This document shows, piece by piece, positions 37,841-50,532 of a stretch of DNA of 64,000 nt (position 1 is the stretch's first letter; the number at the start of each line of letters is the position of its first letter). The DNA comes from Chara braunii (Eukaryota > Plantae > Charophyceae): the NCBI GenBank assembly GCA_003427395.1, contig BFEA01000024.1, forward strand, positions 1,379,400-1,443,399, read 5' to 3'. The position numbers and the translations under genes were made by a program. The notes below the pieces were generated by a model. That model did no database searches. It was given only the letters and a program-made list of their open reading frames with translations, and had not been told where the DNA came from.

Positions 37841-40530
37841 NNNNNNNNNNNNNNNNNNNNNNNNNNNNNNNNNNNNNNNNNNNNNNNNNNNNNNNNNNNN
37901 NNNNNNNNNNNNNNNNNNNNNNNNNNNNNNNNNNNNNNNNNNNNNNNNNNNNNNNNNNNNNNNNNNNNNNNNNNNNNNNNNNNNNATTGATTGATTGATT
38001 GATTGATTGGCAGTGGGGGGGTCGCCTCCCCCCCCCGAACACACACACACACACACACACACAAACGCGCGACCTTTTTTGTTTTTTTGTTTTTTTTTTG
38101 ATTGATTGATTGATTGATTGGCAGTGGGGGGGTCGCCTCCCCCCTTGAACACACACACACACACACACACGCGCGCGCGCATGCGGGGCAACTGCCCGTT
38201 TTTTTTTCCTACGAGTTTTTTTTTTTCTTCTTTTTTTTCGTTTTTTTTGTTTTTGATTTTTTAAAAATCCTTTCAAAGGTTAAAAAAAAACAAAAATATA
38301 TGGGGTTGTAGATCTACAACCCCATTTTTTTTATTTTTTTGTTGGGTTTTTCTTGGCCCCCAAATCACCGTTGTACGACCGTCGTCCGTACGCCCGTACG
38401 ACCGTCCATCCGTCCGTACGCATGGGTCGTACGGAGACCCCCCGTACGACGTACGGGGGACGACACTGGCGTCAGATTTTACTGTAGGAGCAGTGCTTTC
38501 TCAAATTTTCCCCTTCTCTCCTGATTCCTCTCATCCTTGCATCCCTCACTTCCCACCTCCTACCCCTACCACTGCTTCCCGTCGGGCGCTTACTCGTCCA
38601 GATACTAACGAGTCTTCTATTGACTATTCTCCTACCATCGTCGAGGACGACACTGTCGAGTCTCGCTCAGGTGATTGTCTGATAGCCTTCTACTCCCGTC
38701 AGCTCCTACCCACCGAGACAAACTACACTACTGTTGAACGTGAGGTTCTCGCAGTAGTTTATGTCACTCGGCACTGCATCACTGCACAGGGTACCATTCA
38801 CGGTGCGCACGGACAACTTTGTTGTCCAGACTTTTCTAGCAAAGTTGAAGCTCACGCCTCAACAGGCTCGCTGGTGGCGCGACCAATCCGAGTTTAGTTT
38901 CACCACTTAGCACATCAAAGGTGAGACCAATCGGGTCGTAAATGCCTTATCCCGACGCCCTAACCATAATCTGGAGCAGATCTAGCTCGCTGCCATCTCG
39001 GTCACCACCATCCACCACTTTATGACCAACGAGTTTCGCACTCAGTACCGCCACTAACCCGACTATCGCGACATGCATGCGACCCTTCGGAGTGGCAAGA
39101 CCGTCCCGAACTACTCTCTCTGGGACAATAGTCTTGTGTACTGGCACGGGTCACAGGGCACCAGAGAGTCCCACATTTGTGTTCCCTCTACTGGACAACT
39201 ACGTGTCCGGGCAGTAGCAGAGTTCCATGACCAGGCACCCGCTGGTCACATGGGCTTCCACAAGACATTTGTTCATGTGAGCCGCCTGTAGGTCTGGCCG
39301 AAGCGCAAGGACTTTGTGAAGGACTACGTCGTAGAGTGTCCTACCTGTCAGGAGCTGAACATTGCGAGCCACCTGCCTTATGGTTTGCTCCAGCCTATTC
39401 TCATCCCTGAGAGTTATTGGTAGTCCATCTTGATGGACTTTATCGGTCTTCTTCATCCTCCTACCCCCCACCGTCATGATGCTATCCTGGTCGTCATCGA
39501 CCGCTTCACGAAGCCCACACACTTTGTTCCGTGCCGCTATGCCACGAGTGCACGTGAGGTCGTCGGCATCGTGTTTCACCGAGTCATCGTGACCACGGCT
39601 TACCCCTTAGCATCATATCTGATTGTGACCCACGTTTTACCAGCCGATTCAGGCGACGGCTCCACGACGTGTACGGCACCCAGCTCCGCTTCTCCTCGTC
39701 TTACCATCCCCAGACTGATGGTCAGACCGAGGTCACGAACAGGACTCTCAGAGATATTCTCTGAAAGATTGTTCGTAACGACCGGCAGTAAGATCTTCAT
39801 CTTGCCCACGCGGAGATGGCCTACAACCACGCCATCTCGCCAACCACGGGGATGTCGCCTCACTATTCCGAGAATTTGCGACCTCGGTTATCACCCTCGT
39901 GTTCTCGCGGACTTCCTTCGACCTTCGCAGTTGCGCCTCGACACGAGTTGTCCCGTGCTGGATGATTGGGTTGCACACATGCTGTCGATCATGCAGAACT
40001 CGCATAAGCACATAGCCACTTCCCAGACTCGCAAGGCCGCATGTGCGAACCGATCACAGATGGATCGTCCATTCAAAGTCGGTGATGATGTGCTTGTCGA
40101 CGCCCACCACTTACAACTCGAAGCGGACACGCTTCGCAAGTTCTGGCGTCGCTTCTTTGGCCGATGCCGCATTCTCCAGGCCGTCGGTTCTGATACAGCA
40201 TCTAGCCCGGCCAGCTTCCATGTGAAGTTGCCCGACTACCTACCCTAGGCTCGTGTGCACGATGTCTACCATATCTCATTACTGTGTCCTTATCGCAGAC
40301 CGTCTGAGCGTTTCGTTGGACGGCCATACGAGCTCCCTCCACCCATCATGTTGAACGGCCACGAGGAGTTCCTCGTTTCAAACATCATTGGACGCCAAGT
40401 CACCGACGAAAACCCTCCTCACGTCGAGTATCTCGTACGTTGGAAGGGTTACCCTGATCCGGAGGCTACTTGGAAGTCCCTCGAGCACTTGCAACATGCT
40501 CGCATATTGGTGCGTGCCTATGACCGTGCT
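34229..40530 (+). pseudogene. gag-pol of Gypsy C, interrupted by an hAT MITE
   Basis: Zinc knuckle CLCCRQDGHK; protease LALWDSGSQGDF; RT DLHSGYHQI, VMPFGIANAPATFQ, VYLHDILIYS; RNase H LTTNAS; integrase GHMG..CPTC, VVIDRFTK; chromodomain YLVRWKGYPDPEATW. Confidence 0.93.
37379..38468. mobile_element. hAT-type MITE (CGTAC subtermini, (GATT)n/(CA)n interior)
   Basis: Perfect 8-bp TSD GCGTCAGA (37371-37378 / 38469-38476). TIRs CAATGTATACCCCCGTAC / CAGTGTCGTCCCCCGTAC. Splits the RNase H motif LTT(N)ASD-F. Confidence 0.93.
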
Positions 40531-41819
40531 CGTCGTGGTGGGTTGACTGCTCCTCCTGAGCCCACTAACCCTCTTCCTTCTCCTTGGCTGAGGAGATCGC
40601 TGAAGTCGAACTTGCTCTATCTGAGGCATACCTTCAGCGGCAGCCTGATGTTTCTGAGCGTCCACTCGCACTCGTCGTCGTCCTGCTCAATACAACGATT
40701 GACTCTAACTTCTCTTCCCACGTCTTTGACTTCTCAATACTACATCCACACCAATTTTGCTACTTCGGCTCGTCAACATTGCGGCTCTTCCTCGACGGCG
40801 TTTCAGACTTTTCATCATGGACGTCATTTACATCTCCATGGACTTCGTCACGATTAGCTCTGCCTACTTCAGACTTCGTCTCTCTCTTACCACTTCACCC
40901 TGTACAGTACCCTGGTTTTGTCACCTAATGGTCTCCCTTAGATGAGTTCTTCTTAATTGGGCTCTCCCTTGGTATACACATAGGCATCGGGACTGTACCG
41001 TTACCCTAGCTTCCCGCCTTACGGATCTAGCCCCGACTTCCCTCACTTCATGATTCATTTGCATGATTACCCATCACTTTTTCTACCCTCTGCCGGCCCT
41101 CGCGCCCTAGTTAGGCAGCCTTGCATGCTTCATCTAGGTGCGCCCAGTATACCAGGCTCCCTTATTTCCTTGCATGGTCGACCCTAAATAGCGGTCACCC
41201 CTTTAGTTGAGCATTACCCACCCTTATGGTCTATCTGTTAGGGTCATTGGTTCCGTTCGCCCCAGTTCCTTACCCTCATTGAGCTTGATGAGATGTGTCT
41301 CCCTGTCATTAAATGTGGATGCCCTTAGGAGTTTAGCAACCCCTAGCCGCTGCATTTGCCACCCTCAGAGACCATCCCACCATATGGTTTTGCGACACAT
41401 CCTTCCTATGACATATGGTTGTCATGTTATTGTTTTGTTGCTCTCAGACTGAGGCCTCTGCCTCTGACATTTCTAGGATGTAGTTGTCTTTGGTTTGACT
41501 GTTCTTTGAACTTGTACACTAGTCAGTTGTTTCCAGACTGAGGCGACTGCCTCCAACATTCTAGAATTTAGTTGTCATTACTTTCTGCTTTCCTCGGACA
41601 TGTATGCTAGTTAGTTGCTTTCTGCTTTCACTTAGGCTGTTAGCTATAACATTGTTGCTTTTGCGACATTTTCTAGCCTAGGTTGCATCGCATGGACTCA
41701 ACATGGAGCGTGCTACGCATCCTAGACTACTCGGGTTTTCTTTTCTTTTTCTTGGTAGAGTTCCGCTTCTTGGCAGAAGCGTGTTTGCATCTAGGCAATC
41801 CATCACAGGTCGAGGATCG

Positions 41820-42138
41820 TGTAGCGGACCTCTGGTTGGCCTGTGAGACCAACCCCTTGGCCTGTTCTCACAGGCCTGTGTTGTATTCGGGGTAATCCTG
41901 TCCAGTCTGGTACCTCTGTCGGTACCAGCCAGTGCAGTCCAGTGCAGTCCAGTGCAGTCAGTCTGTTGGGGTATACCCCAGCCAGAGTCTATACTTGGGA
42001 TTATTCTACATTCACACAGTTTGGAGTATGTGAATTGGAGTCTTGAGTGGGAGTTGCGCTGTGTTATCTTGCTCCACCTTCATCCTCCATCTCCATCTCT
42101 ATCCCAGGCGGAGCACCACACCCGGTGGGTCCGCCACA
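41820..42138 (+). repeat. 3' LTR of Gypsy C
   Basis: TGTAGCGGACC...GGTCCGCCACA, matches 20878-21186. Confidence 0.92.
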
Positions 42139-42143
42139 AGGTG

Positions 42144-45100
42144 TGTTACCAGCGGGTGCTACAATGCGTCAAGGCCCCATCCATTTCGGAGGGAGCTTGT
42201 GAGAGATATTTTGTTCGAGGCTAAATTATGTGACGGAGACCCAAACAAGGTTGTCGGCCCGGAACCGACACGGAAGACGCTGGTGATTGGCCTTTTGGCT
42301 CATGCGTTGCTGCGTCTTCGACATTTGGTTGTGTGCCTTGACAAGGAGCCCTTGCATCTGTTGAATGAAGATAAGGTGGTCGCCGCTCTCCGTTGTCTGT
42401 GGGATGATCGTATCCAATGGTTATGTGACTGGCGAGCCCTGCTCGAACTCAAAGGGCAACATCCCGATAGCCGGATGAATGGACGAGTTGTAAGCTAACT
42501 CGACGTCCAGCAGCCGCTCAACCCAATCCTTTTGGTTGGGACGGATGAGAGTGCAAAGAAGAACCTGTGCGGTTTGATGTGCCCTCTCCGTTTGACCATC
42601 GTTTTGTGGGTGGCGAGCCGAACTCGGCTTGAGAGATGAACCCCATCGTTTGATGAGTGCCAACCAGACGCTGGACATGAACCACGTGTTGGGGTCGCAA
42701 TCGATCTCCTTGGGGTAACCCTTGGTACAAATCCAACCAGCATAAAGAATCTCGGCCAATTCTGGTGCCTTTGCATGATAGCGATAAGGCAAAAACATGG
42801 CGAACTTGGTGAGTCGATCGGCCACCGTAAGAATCTCATCCACATTGGTTTTGTGCTTGGGGAACGGTCCGGTAACGCGCATGACAATCGATTTCCGTCG
42901 TCCTAGGGGGACTGGTAGTAATTGCAACTCGTCGTACGGACGATGGTTGTGGGTCTTGCGGGACTTGCAACGTTGGCAAACCTCGCATGACTCGCAATAG
43001 CGTGTGGCGTCGTCGAGAAGGCCGGCCACCAAAAGCGCTCACGAAGTCGGCCAATCATGCGATTGACTCCAAAGTGTGCGGTGGCGGGAGCTTCGTGGAG
43101 CTCGCCAACTTGGCCAAGAAGCCGCGTACTCAAGTGTGGATCACTCAGCACGCAAAGAAGATCCTTCCTCCGTGAGTGGACCAGCAAATAGCCCTTTTGG
43201 ATCCGATAATGCACTGGCGCCGGATTTGGAGAGGAGCAATTCGCAGCATTATTCGCTTACTTGTAGTGAAACTCGGGGTCGACTTGGTAGCTGTGGATGA
43301 AGTTGTCTCGCAAGTCGTCGTCAACCTCGAACGTCGAGAAGACCGTGGCACAAATGTCCGGGCGCCGTGAAAGGGCGTCTACAAAACGGTTTGACTTTCA
43401 GGAAATGTGATCAGGAAAGAAGTCAAAGTGGTCAATGAAAGTCATCCAACGGGCAATAACACTATTCACCGTGTCTTGGGTCTTATAAAAGACCAACAAA
43501 TTATTTTCCATTACCCATCGGAATTGACTTCACCGAGAAGGAAGTGCCACCACCGCTTAAGCATGCGTACGAAGGCCAATAACTCCTTCTATGCGTCATC
43601 AATTGAATGCACGACGGATACTTTCCTATTAAAGTACTCGACCGAGTGTCAGTCCATACCATTATGTTGCTTGAGGACGGCATAAATGCCATAGCCGGAT
43701 GCATCGGTAGTGACGCGCAGGCAAGAGTGGGTCGTAGAGGCGTAAAACCTCCGTTGAGAGCAAGTGTTTTTTTAGGGCCAAAAAGAAAGTCTGTGCATCT
43801 TTGTCGACGTTGAACGGTCGATCCTTGCATTGAAGCTTGGTCAAATTGGTCGCGTTTTTCGAATAGCCTTTAGTACAGCGTCGATAGTAACCGGCTAGGC
43901 CGAGAAACGAGCAGACTTTCGTGACATTTTTCAATGCTGGTCACTCTTGGACGGCTTGAACCTTGTCCGATAGTGGACTAATGCCCTCTGGAGTGACAAA
44001 GTGGCCTAAGTATTCAAACTCTTGAAGTACGAACTCGCACTTGTCGCAACTGGCTTTGTACTTGGTGCGACGGAGCATCTCCAACACACGTCGAAGGTGC
44101 TCAAGATGATCCTCCAAGGCCCGGTTATAGACGAGAATGTCGTCCAAGTAGACCAGCACAAACCGGTCCAGCATCGAGCGTAACTTGTTGATCATCGTCG
44201 CTTAAAAGGTCGTCGGGGCATTGGTGAGGCCAAAAGGCATGACAACCCACTCAAAGTGTCCATACCTTGTTTTAACAGCGGATTTGTAGCGATCTTATGG
44301 GTATATCAAAATTTGATGATAGCCGACTCCAAATCCAACTTCGAAAAATATTTTGTGTCATCCAAACGTTCAAGAAGATCGTTGATACGAGGAAGAGGCC
44401 CCTATTTCTTAACGGTTTTCGTTTTGAGCTTGAGGTAGTCAATGCATAGGCGGAGATCCTTGTTCTTCTCCGTACGAAGAGAACCGGTGCACTGTAGGGT
44501 GAGCTACTAGGGCGGATCCAGCCCTTGTCCAACAAGTCATCGAGTTGCTCATGGAGAACCCCGAGTTCTTCCTCACTCATGCGATAGATGCATCCTTTCG
44601 ATTGCACGACACTTGCGTCAAGAATTATCTCATGGGAGATCGGCCGATCCGGCACCACACCGGTAGGGGACTCGAAGACGTCGGCGAACTTGTCAAGCGA
44701 TCGTACCACGCGGGTGTCCAAATACAAGTTTGTGGGGGAAGATTCGATTGTCGCAACGGTCCTATGAAGGGTGTGAAAAAAGAATTCTACACGGCACCTC
44801 GACATCAACGGCGTCGTGAACGGCAAGTGTCGAACAATGGAAGTTAACCGTGTGGTCCACACTCGTGAGCCAAGGCATCCCCAAAATAATGTCGAAGTTT
44901 GTATCCAAAACGTTAAACGTAACCGGCCCGCTTGCATGTGGTGCGAAATAAACCAGTACGACTTTGAGGTAGCGATCAAGAAGTTGTTGCGTCCGACCGT
45001 CCACCATCTTTACCGCTATAAGGTGTGACTTCCTTTGAACTTGAGTGCCAAGGCCGGCCCTTGGTATAAAGGATCGACTCATAAAATTGCAAGTCTCTCC

Positions 45101-45300
45101 GCTATCCAGCAAAGCAATGCAGAATGTTTGCCCAACTAGGATGCAAACATAAAGGAGCAATGCATTGTTGTCATCGTACCGTTGCGTGCGAAATTCACGG
45201 GCCACCTTGGTGATATATGCAAGGAGCTCCCCCACCTCAATGTCGTCATCCCGACTCATCCGGAGTCGAAGTTGGTGCTGCATAGAAGAACAAATGAGTG
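42144..45300 (-). pseudogene. pol of Gypsy B (PR-RT-RH-IN)
   Basis: IALLDSGETCNF; KGCIYRMS, WIRPSSSPYSAPVLFV; LVYLDDILVY; FLGLAGYYRR; HFGVNR..CEVCQRC, VADRLTK, HPQNDGQTER; KLPPKWMGP. Confidence 0.93.
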
Positions 45301-45790
45301 TGCAAGTGGGCGCATAATGTTGCGCATTGTGGTCACGGTAAGCGGCCCGTGAAAGGGAGAGGAAACCATGCAAATCCCCGGGCAACAACAGGTCCAAGAC
45401 CTCTATGTTGAACTCACGTGCTGAATCCCTTGAAGAACCACTTGAAGACGATAACACGTCGCCACTACAGAACGGAGAAGAAATTGCGCACACACCTTGT
45501 CCTTGAGCATGAAAACCCAGCGATGGAATGATCCGGTGTCGGTGTGAATACCCTTACAAGGGTATCCGCCCTGGTCTTTGCAAGTGATAGAAAGATAAAT
45601 TTGATTCAAAAATTAAGTATGTCATGTGAGATGCGGCCCGTTTTTGTTTTTGACTAACTATGTATTAAGGTGAAAAGGTAGGGAGTGTGTGAACGTGCAA
45701 CTTTGAAAGCGCGTGTGATCTCTTTTTCTTGTTGATAATTCTACGAAGGTCAGGGTCCCCCTCACGAAGTGAATAAGTGTAGAAATCTTA

Positions 45791-46909
45791 TCAGACGTCA
45801 GAAGGTTCGCCACGTAGGCGCGTGGAGAGGTGTGTCACCCACTGGTCAGGTGGGACGACCATGAGTTGGAGCGTGCGGGTGGTAGACTGCAGCCACCGAG
45901 ATATGCGTGTCCCTGGACCGTCATACGAGGCAATGTCCGTCAAGCGGACAAGTGGTGCGCCACCGTTATGGCGGCAAGGAGATCGAGGAGCAGAGGTTTG
46001 TGCTTTGGCCGAGTAAGGTCGCGCAGGTCCTGGAGAAGGGGGCGCAACTGACTGTATGTCCGGGCTGCATAGTGGAGCGGCGAGGGGAACAGCGGCCGGC
46101 TGTGCGGGAGCTGCGAAAGAAGAGGTCGTAGCAACCGATGGAGTAGGAAGGAGATAGAATGGGGGAGGAGGGGGTGCAGGGTGAGGGAAGCGAGCCTGCA
46201 TGGATGGAAGAGTAGAGGAAGGAGGTGCACCCGAGGGCGCGACCACCTGTGAGGGTAGGGATGGTTGAAGGCGTAAGAGGGCGAGGTCAGCCCGGGTCTG
46301 AGCAAGCTCGGCCTCAAGACATCGGATGTAGGTCGAGCGAGGAGTTGTAGGAGTAGACGCACGAGCGATGCGGGGCATCCCATAAGGGGGAGAGCCTGGC
46401 GGCGCTGCGGTCGTGCGAAGGGGAGGGAGAAGCGGGGCACCCGGAAAAGTTGAGACCGCGGCAGAGGGTTGTGGTCCCGTGGCTGTAGTGACCGAAGTAT
46501 GGGCGGGTGCGGCCGTAGAGTGAGGAGAGGTCTTGCCCGTGGTGGACGTCGTGCTAGGAGCGTGGACAGTCACCAGGATGGTCAGGTTGGGGGCAGCTGA
46601 GGAGGAAGCTCCGTCGTGACGACCACGTCGGAGGACTTGGGACCCGGACTGGGAGCCAGAAGAAGAGAGAGGGTTAGGAGAGGAAGGACAAGGAACGTCC
46701 TGGACTTGCTGCATGCCAGCGGCAAGAGTCAACACCTGCGCCTGTAAGGGCGCAAGGGTCGCCAGTTGCGCTTGGATGGGCTCGAGGAAGGAGGTGAGGA
46801 GGGCGTGTAGATCCCTTTGGGGCTGATGGCCCTGGTCCACCGGCACGGGTGTGGAGCCAGATGTTGAGGTCGTCGCTTCGTCGGCGACTTGTGACACGCC
46901 GTCGACCAT
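45791..46909 (-). CDS. Gag-like ORF (Pro/Ser-rich N-terminus, start of capsid domain), 3'-truncated
   Basis: 372-aa open frame from ATG ending IASYDG....ISRWL....L..VPPDQWV..L..RLRGE, typical of the Ty3/Gypsy capsid N-terminus. Confidence 0.6.
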   Translation of the reverse strand: MVDGVSQVADEATTSTSGSTPVPVDQGHQPQRDLHALLTSFLEPIQAQLATLAPLQAQVLTLAAGMQQVQDVPCPSSPNPLSSSGSQSGSQVLRRGRHDGASSSAAPNLTILVTVHAPSTTSTTGKTSPHSTAAPAHTSVTTATGPQPSAAVSTFPGAPLLPPLRTTAAPPGSPPYGMPRIARASTPTTPRSTYIRCLEAELAQTRADLALLRLQPSLPSQVVAPSGAPPSSTLPSMQARFPHPAPPPPPFYLLPTPSVATTSSFAAPAQPAAVPLAAPLCSPDIQSVAPPSPGPARPYSAKAQTSAPRSPCRHNGGAPLVRLTDIASYDGPGTRISRWLQSTTRTLQLMVVPPDQWVTHLSTRLRGEPSDV

Positions 46910-47829
46910 GGGAAGGTGACGGGCCGGATTGGAGGGTTTCGAAGGAGGTCCACGTGAGCGGAGGGCGTAGGGGGGGTTTGTGGTAGAAAGCGACGGGAGG
47001 CGCTAGCGAGTCGAGCGCGGGTGCCGACAAAGGGGAAGGGGTGGTTCGGGTCCAGGGTGCCCGAATGGGAAGGGCAAGTAGGGAGAAGGGGTGATGGGAG
47101 AGGGAAGAAAGATAAAAGGGCGAGGAAATTTGGAAAATTCCGGCAGCACTTCACCTCCGTTGAGGAGCACGAATGTGCCGCAAAAAATAAAAATCGAATA
47201 AGAACCAAGAAAACTAAGTAAAAGAGTAGAAAAATCTACGAACGCATCAAAAATTTTCGGTGGCACTTCGTTTTTGTAGAGGAGCAAGAGTGTATTGTTG
47301 ATAAAAAGAGAGAAGAGCAATACTATGTACACCAAGATGAGCAAGGAGAGAAATAGCATCTGAAAGAGAGCAAGAAATGAACTAACTACACCAACGAAGA
47401 GCAAGGGGGAAAGACTTGTGAGACTAGTTCACACACGAGCAAGGTCTACCTAACTAATGCACAAGATTGTGTGAAGAGTAGAGGGGAAAGGGATAAAGGA
47501 AGAAAGAAACAAAATAGAGAGGTTGGGGGAAAGGAGGAAAGGGGATGGTGGAGAGAGATCAGGAAGCAAAGAGAAAAGAGGACGAAACGAAAAGAAAATA
47601 AATGAATAAAATAGAGTAAAATAGTGGATGGTGGGAGAAGAGAAGATGAAGAGGGAAGGTAAAGAAGAGATGGCGAGAGAAGAGAAGTAGAGAAGAAGTA
47701 AGGTAGAGAAAGGGAAGAAAGGAAAGTGATAAAGTATGTGGGGGACCGGAGTTGGGAGAGGAAGAGTGATGGAAGAGAAGGCGGGGTGGGGAAAGTAGAA
47801 AGAGGAGGGAAAGAGGCAGTGGAAGGGGG

Positions 47830-48776
47830 GGCCTTGGAGTTGACGAAGACGCCAATCTGACCTCGAGGGTGTCTCCTTCCCACGTTTCGACCCAGATTTT
47901 ATCCTTCATGTTAACTCGTGCTTCCGGAGCAATATCGAACTTGAGATTGATTAACGTTGGTTTGAGACGATCCGGCTCCGAAGGGTGCGTGAACAAGACA
48001 GGGCCAATAGCCTTCCTGATGTGTGTTTCCAAATAAAACATTGCATCAAGAGGGACTTGCACCGCGATAACCCAAAAGACAGACTCATCCTCTGCTCTTC
48101 TCTGCTCTCGAAGCTGAGCCTTAGTAAGCCATGGCTTGAAATCCAACACATATCGAGACGACCCTAGCGTGATGTTATCCGTGCCCTTCTCAACCATCCA
48201 TAGTGCTAGCGCACTACTTTTGGCAACGTACGACACAACGTTTGGGCTCTCTACCTTAATACGCCCGCGTTTGAAGGTGGAAGGGTCAAAACTACCATCC
48301 TGGACCCGTTCATCTTCGTACACACGGATAATATCGTCTTTCACCTTTTTGGGGAGAAAGCGAGCGGCCTCTCGAAAAATCACCGTTACCGTATGTTCCT
48401 TTAGCCACGTTATTTTAGTTTGGTCAATCCGCGGGTTGACTTTGAAAAAGACTTCCCGACCCTCTACTCTCATCTCCCCTGGATCTATAGCAGCGGAGAG
48501 AATGCCTTCCTCATAACATAACCTTGCTAGTTCCCTAATTTCTCCGTCCATCTGTGCTTCCAGCCCCGCCGGAGGCAACCGATTGGTCTCCATTCCAGCT
48601 CTTGCTCTAATTGCCTGACAGCGGTGCTCTTCTTCGCTTGGTGTTAACTCGTTCTCGTGACATACACTCTTCTTATAGCAGCTGCATGTACTCGAACTCT
48701 GTCTGGGGCGTCGCGGTATGTCGCTGAGGAACCGTGGGCTACGTTGAGTATGCCAACATGGCCGTCCAATCGTCAA
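47830..48776 (-). pseudogene. L1-type LINE ORF1 (DUF4283-like), truncated before the zinc knuckle
   Basis: WLKEHTVTVIF...FKPW....FWV...QVPL......I.KAIG.V pattern of plant L1 ORF1. Runs into a pyrimidine-rich tract. Confidence 0.7.
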
Positions 48777-49045
48777 AGCGATGGCGATGGTGTCCTCACC
48801 TACGGATTCACTATCTCGGTGGTAGTGTCTTCCGCCGACCTAGCCTCCCGTTACCGGTAAGCAACCATGCGGTCCGAGCGCTACGTAGCGCCGGCGGGCG
48901 CGGTCCGGTATCCCCCTGGGCTGGTTTTCTATTCTTTTTGGTTCGTTGTTGGTTGGAATCTTAGTTGCTAGTTTTCCTTTTTTCTTCTTTCCTCTTTTTT
49001 TGTTTTTTTTTTCTTTTTTTTGGGATTGCGAGGCTTTTATGGCCT

Positions 49046-49261
49046 GTGGCGGTTTTTTTTTATTTCAATAGGGATTGGATAAGTCAGAACAGCTGTTGAG
49101 ATTTGGCCATTTCTGTTCTAGACGAATTCCAATGCCCTCAGCCAAGCCTGGGTAATGGCCCCAGTGACACTTTTCCGGGTTGTTTGTGGAGGATTCCCGG
49201 CCTCCTTGTTGATTGGTAATGCAAAAGAGCAGTCTTAAAAAAAAAAAAAAAAAAAAAAAAA
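49046..49261 (+). mobile_element. Short poly(A)-tailed retroposon remnant
   Basis: ~190 bp of unique sequence ending in an A-tract (49236-49261). Confidence 0.4.
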
Positions 49262-49557
49262 CACGAAGACGAATCTCGACTTTCCTGTTTATCATGTGAC
49301 TCCCCGTCAGAGGCGGGGAGCAATTAGCAATTCATTGTCTGCCAGAGTCTTTTTTTATTTCCCAGTACTTCTGTTTTGTGAGTAGAAACAGCACCCTTGT
49401 TTCTTTTCTGCGGTATCACAAAGGGCAGTACTGGTACCGCCCTATTTTTCGAATTTTTTTCCATGTGTTGGTACCTGCTGCCTCCAGCCTCGGCAAATTG
49501 TGGCACGCAGGGCATGTTTAGGCTCAGCATCAATAGCTGGGCGAGGTACTGGTGGTT

Positions 49558-49560
<3 letters not shown>

Positions 49561-49652
<92 letters not shown>

Positions 49653-49691
49653 NNNNNNNNNNNNNNNNNNNNNNNNNNNNNNNNNNNNNNN

Positions 49692-49741
<50 letters not shown>

Positions 49742-49826
49742 CATGTGTGTGTGTATGTGTGTGTGTGTGTGTGTGCGTGTGTGTGTATGTGTGTGTGTGT
49801 GTGTCTGTGCGTGTGTGTGTGTGTGT
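49561..49826 (+). repeat. (CT)n(GT)n compound microsatellite spanning a gap
   Basis: Seen directly. Confidence 0.95.
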
Positions 49827-49999
49827 AGTCATCGGAGGTGTGGATTAATGAAAACCAAGGATGCGAAGTCAGTGGAAGCATGCCATGTCATCAACGCAAA
49901 TCCCTGCGGAATTTGGTGTTGAAAGATGGGTCTTTTGATGTTTGTCTTTTGTACTCCATTCCAATAAATGCACATTATTTATTGTTTTGAAACATCATT

Positions 50000-50036
<37 letters not shown>

Positions 50037-50532
50037 GTTGTGCAAAGCAGTCGTAAAAATGGCCCTTGCAATTGCTTGCAAAATAAACACAAACAAGTGG
50101 ATGAAAATTGTCACGTGCATGAAATATAACAAACGCGCCACAGCTCGCGGCACATAATCTACGTTTCCCGCCACATCAACACAAACTACGGACATGGACA
50201 TGTCGTCAAGACGAATCACTAATGAAACCAGGAAAGTGCATCCTCCAAAACAATATATATCTATATGCATGTGTATATATATATAGACGAACAAGTCCTG
50301 ACAAAAAAACAATCCAACCCCCAGCAATGTCACGTGCTACAACCGTTAAACTAGACTAACAATCCAACCCCTGACTATACCATGTACTACGCGCGTTTAA
50401 CTAAACTGTCCGGAATGACCGCCATCACTGTGGCACCGACGGAGAACAAGCGAGGGAGGAAACGCTGACAGATGCACCAACATGGCGACCGACCGCGGGA
50501 GAACATCAGCAGAAGCAGGAGCTGAGGCGGCA

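Larger units (their letters stand above)
20878..42138 (+). mobile_element. Ty3/Gypsy chromovirus C (~21 kb with nested insertions) inserted into the Gypsy B integrase
   Basis: Matching ~310-320 bp LTRs at 20878-21186 and 41820-42138. PBS after the first. TSD GGGTG/AGGTG. The flanks rejoin into one continuous GPY/F region on the minus strand. Confidence 0.85.
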
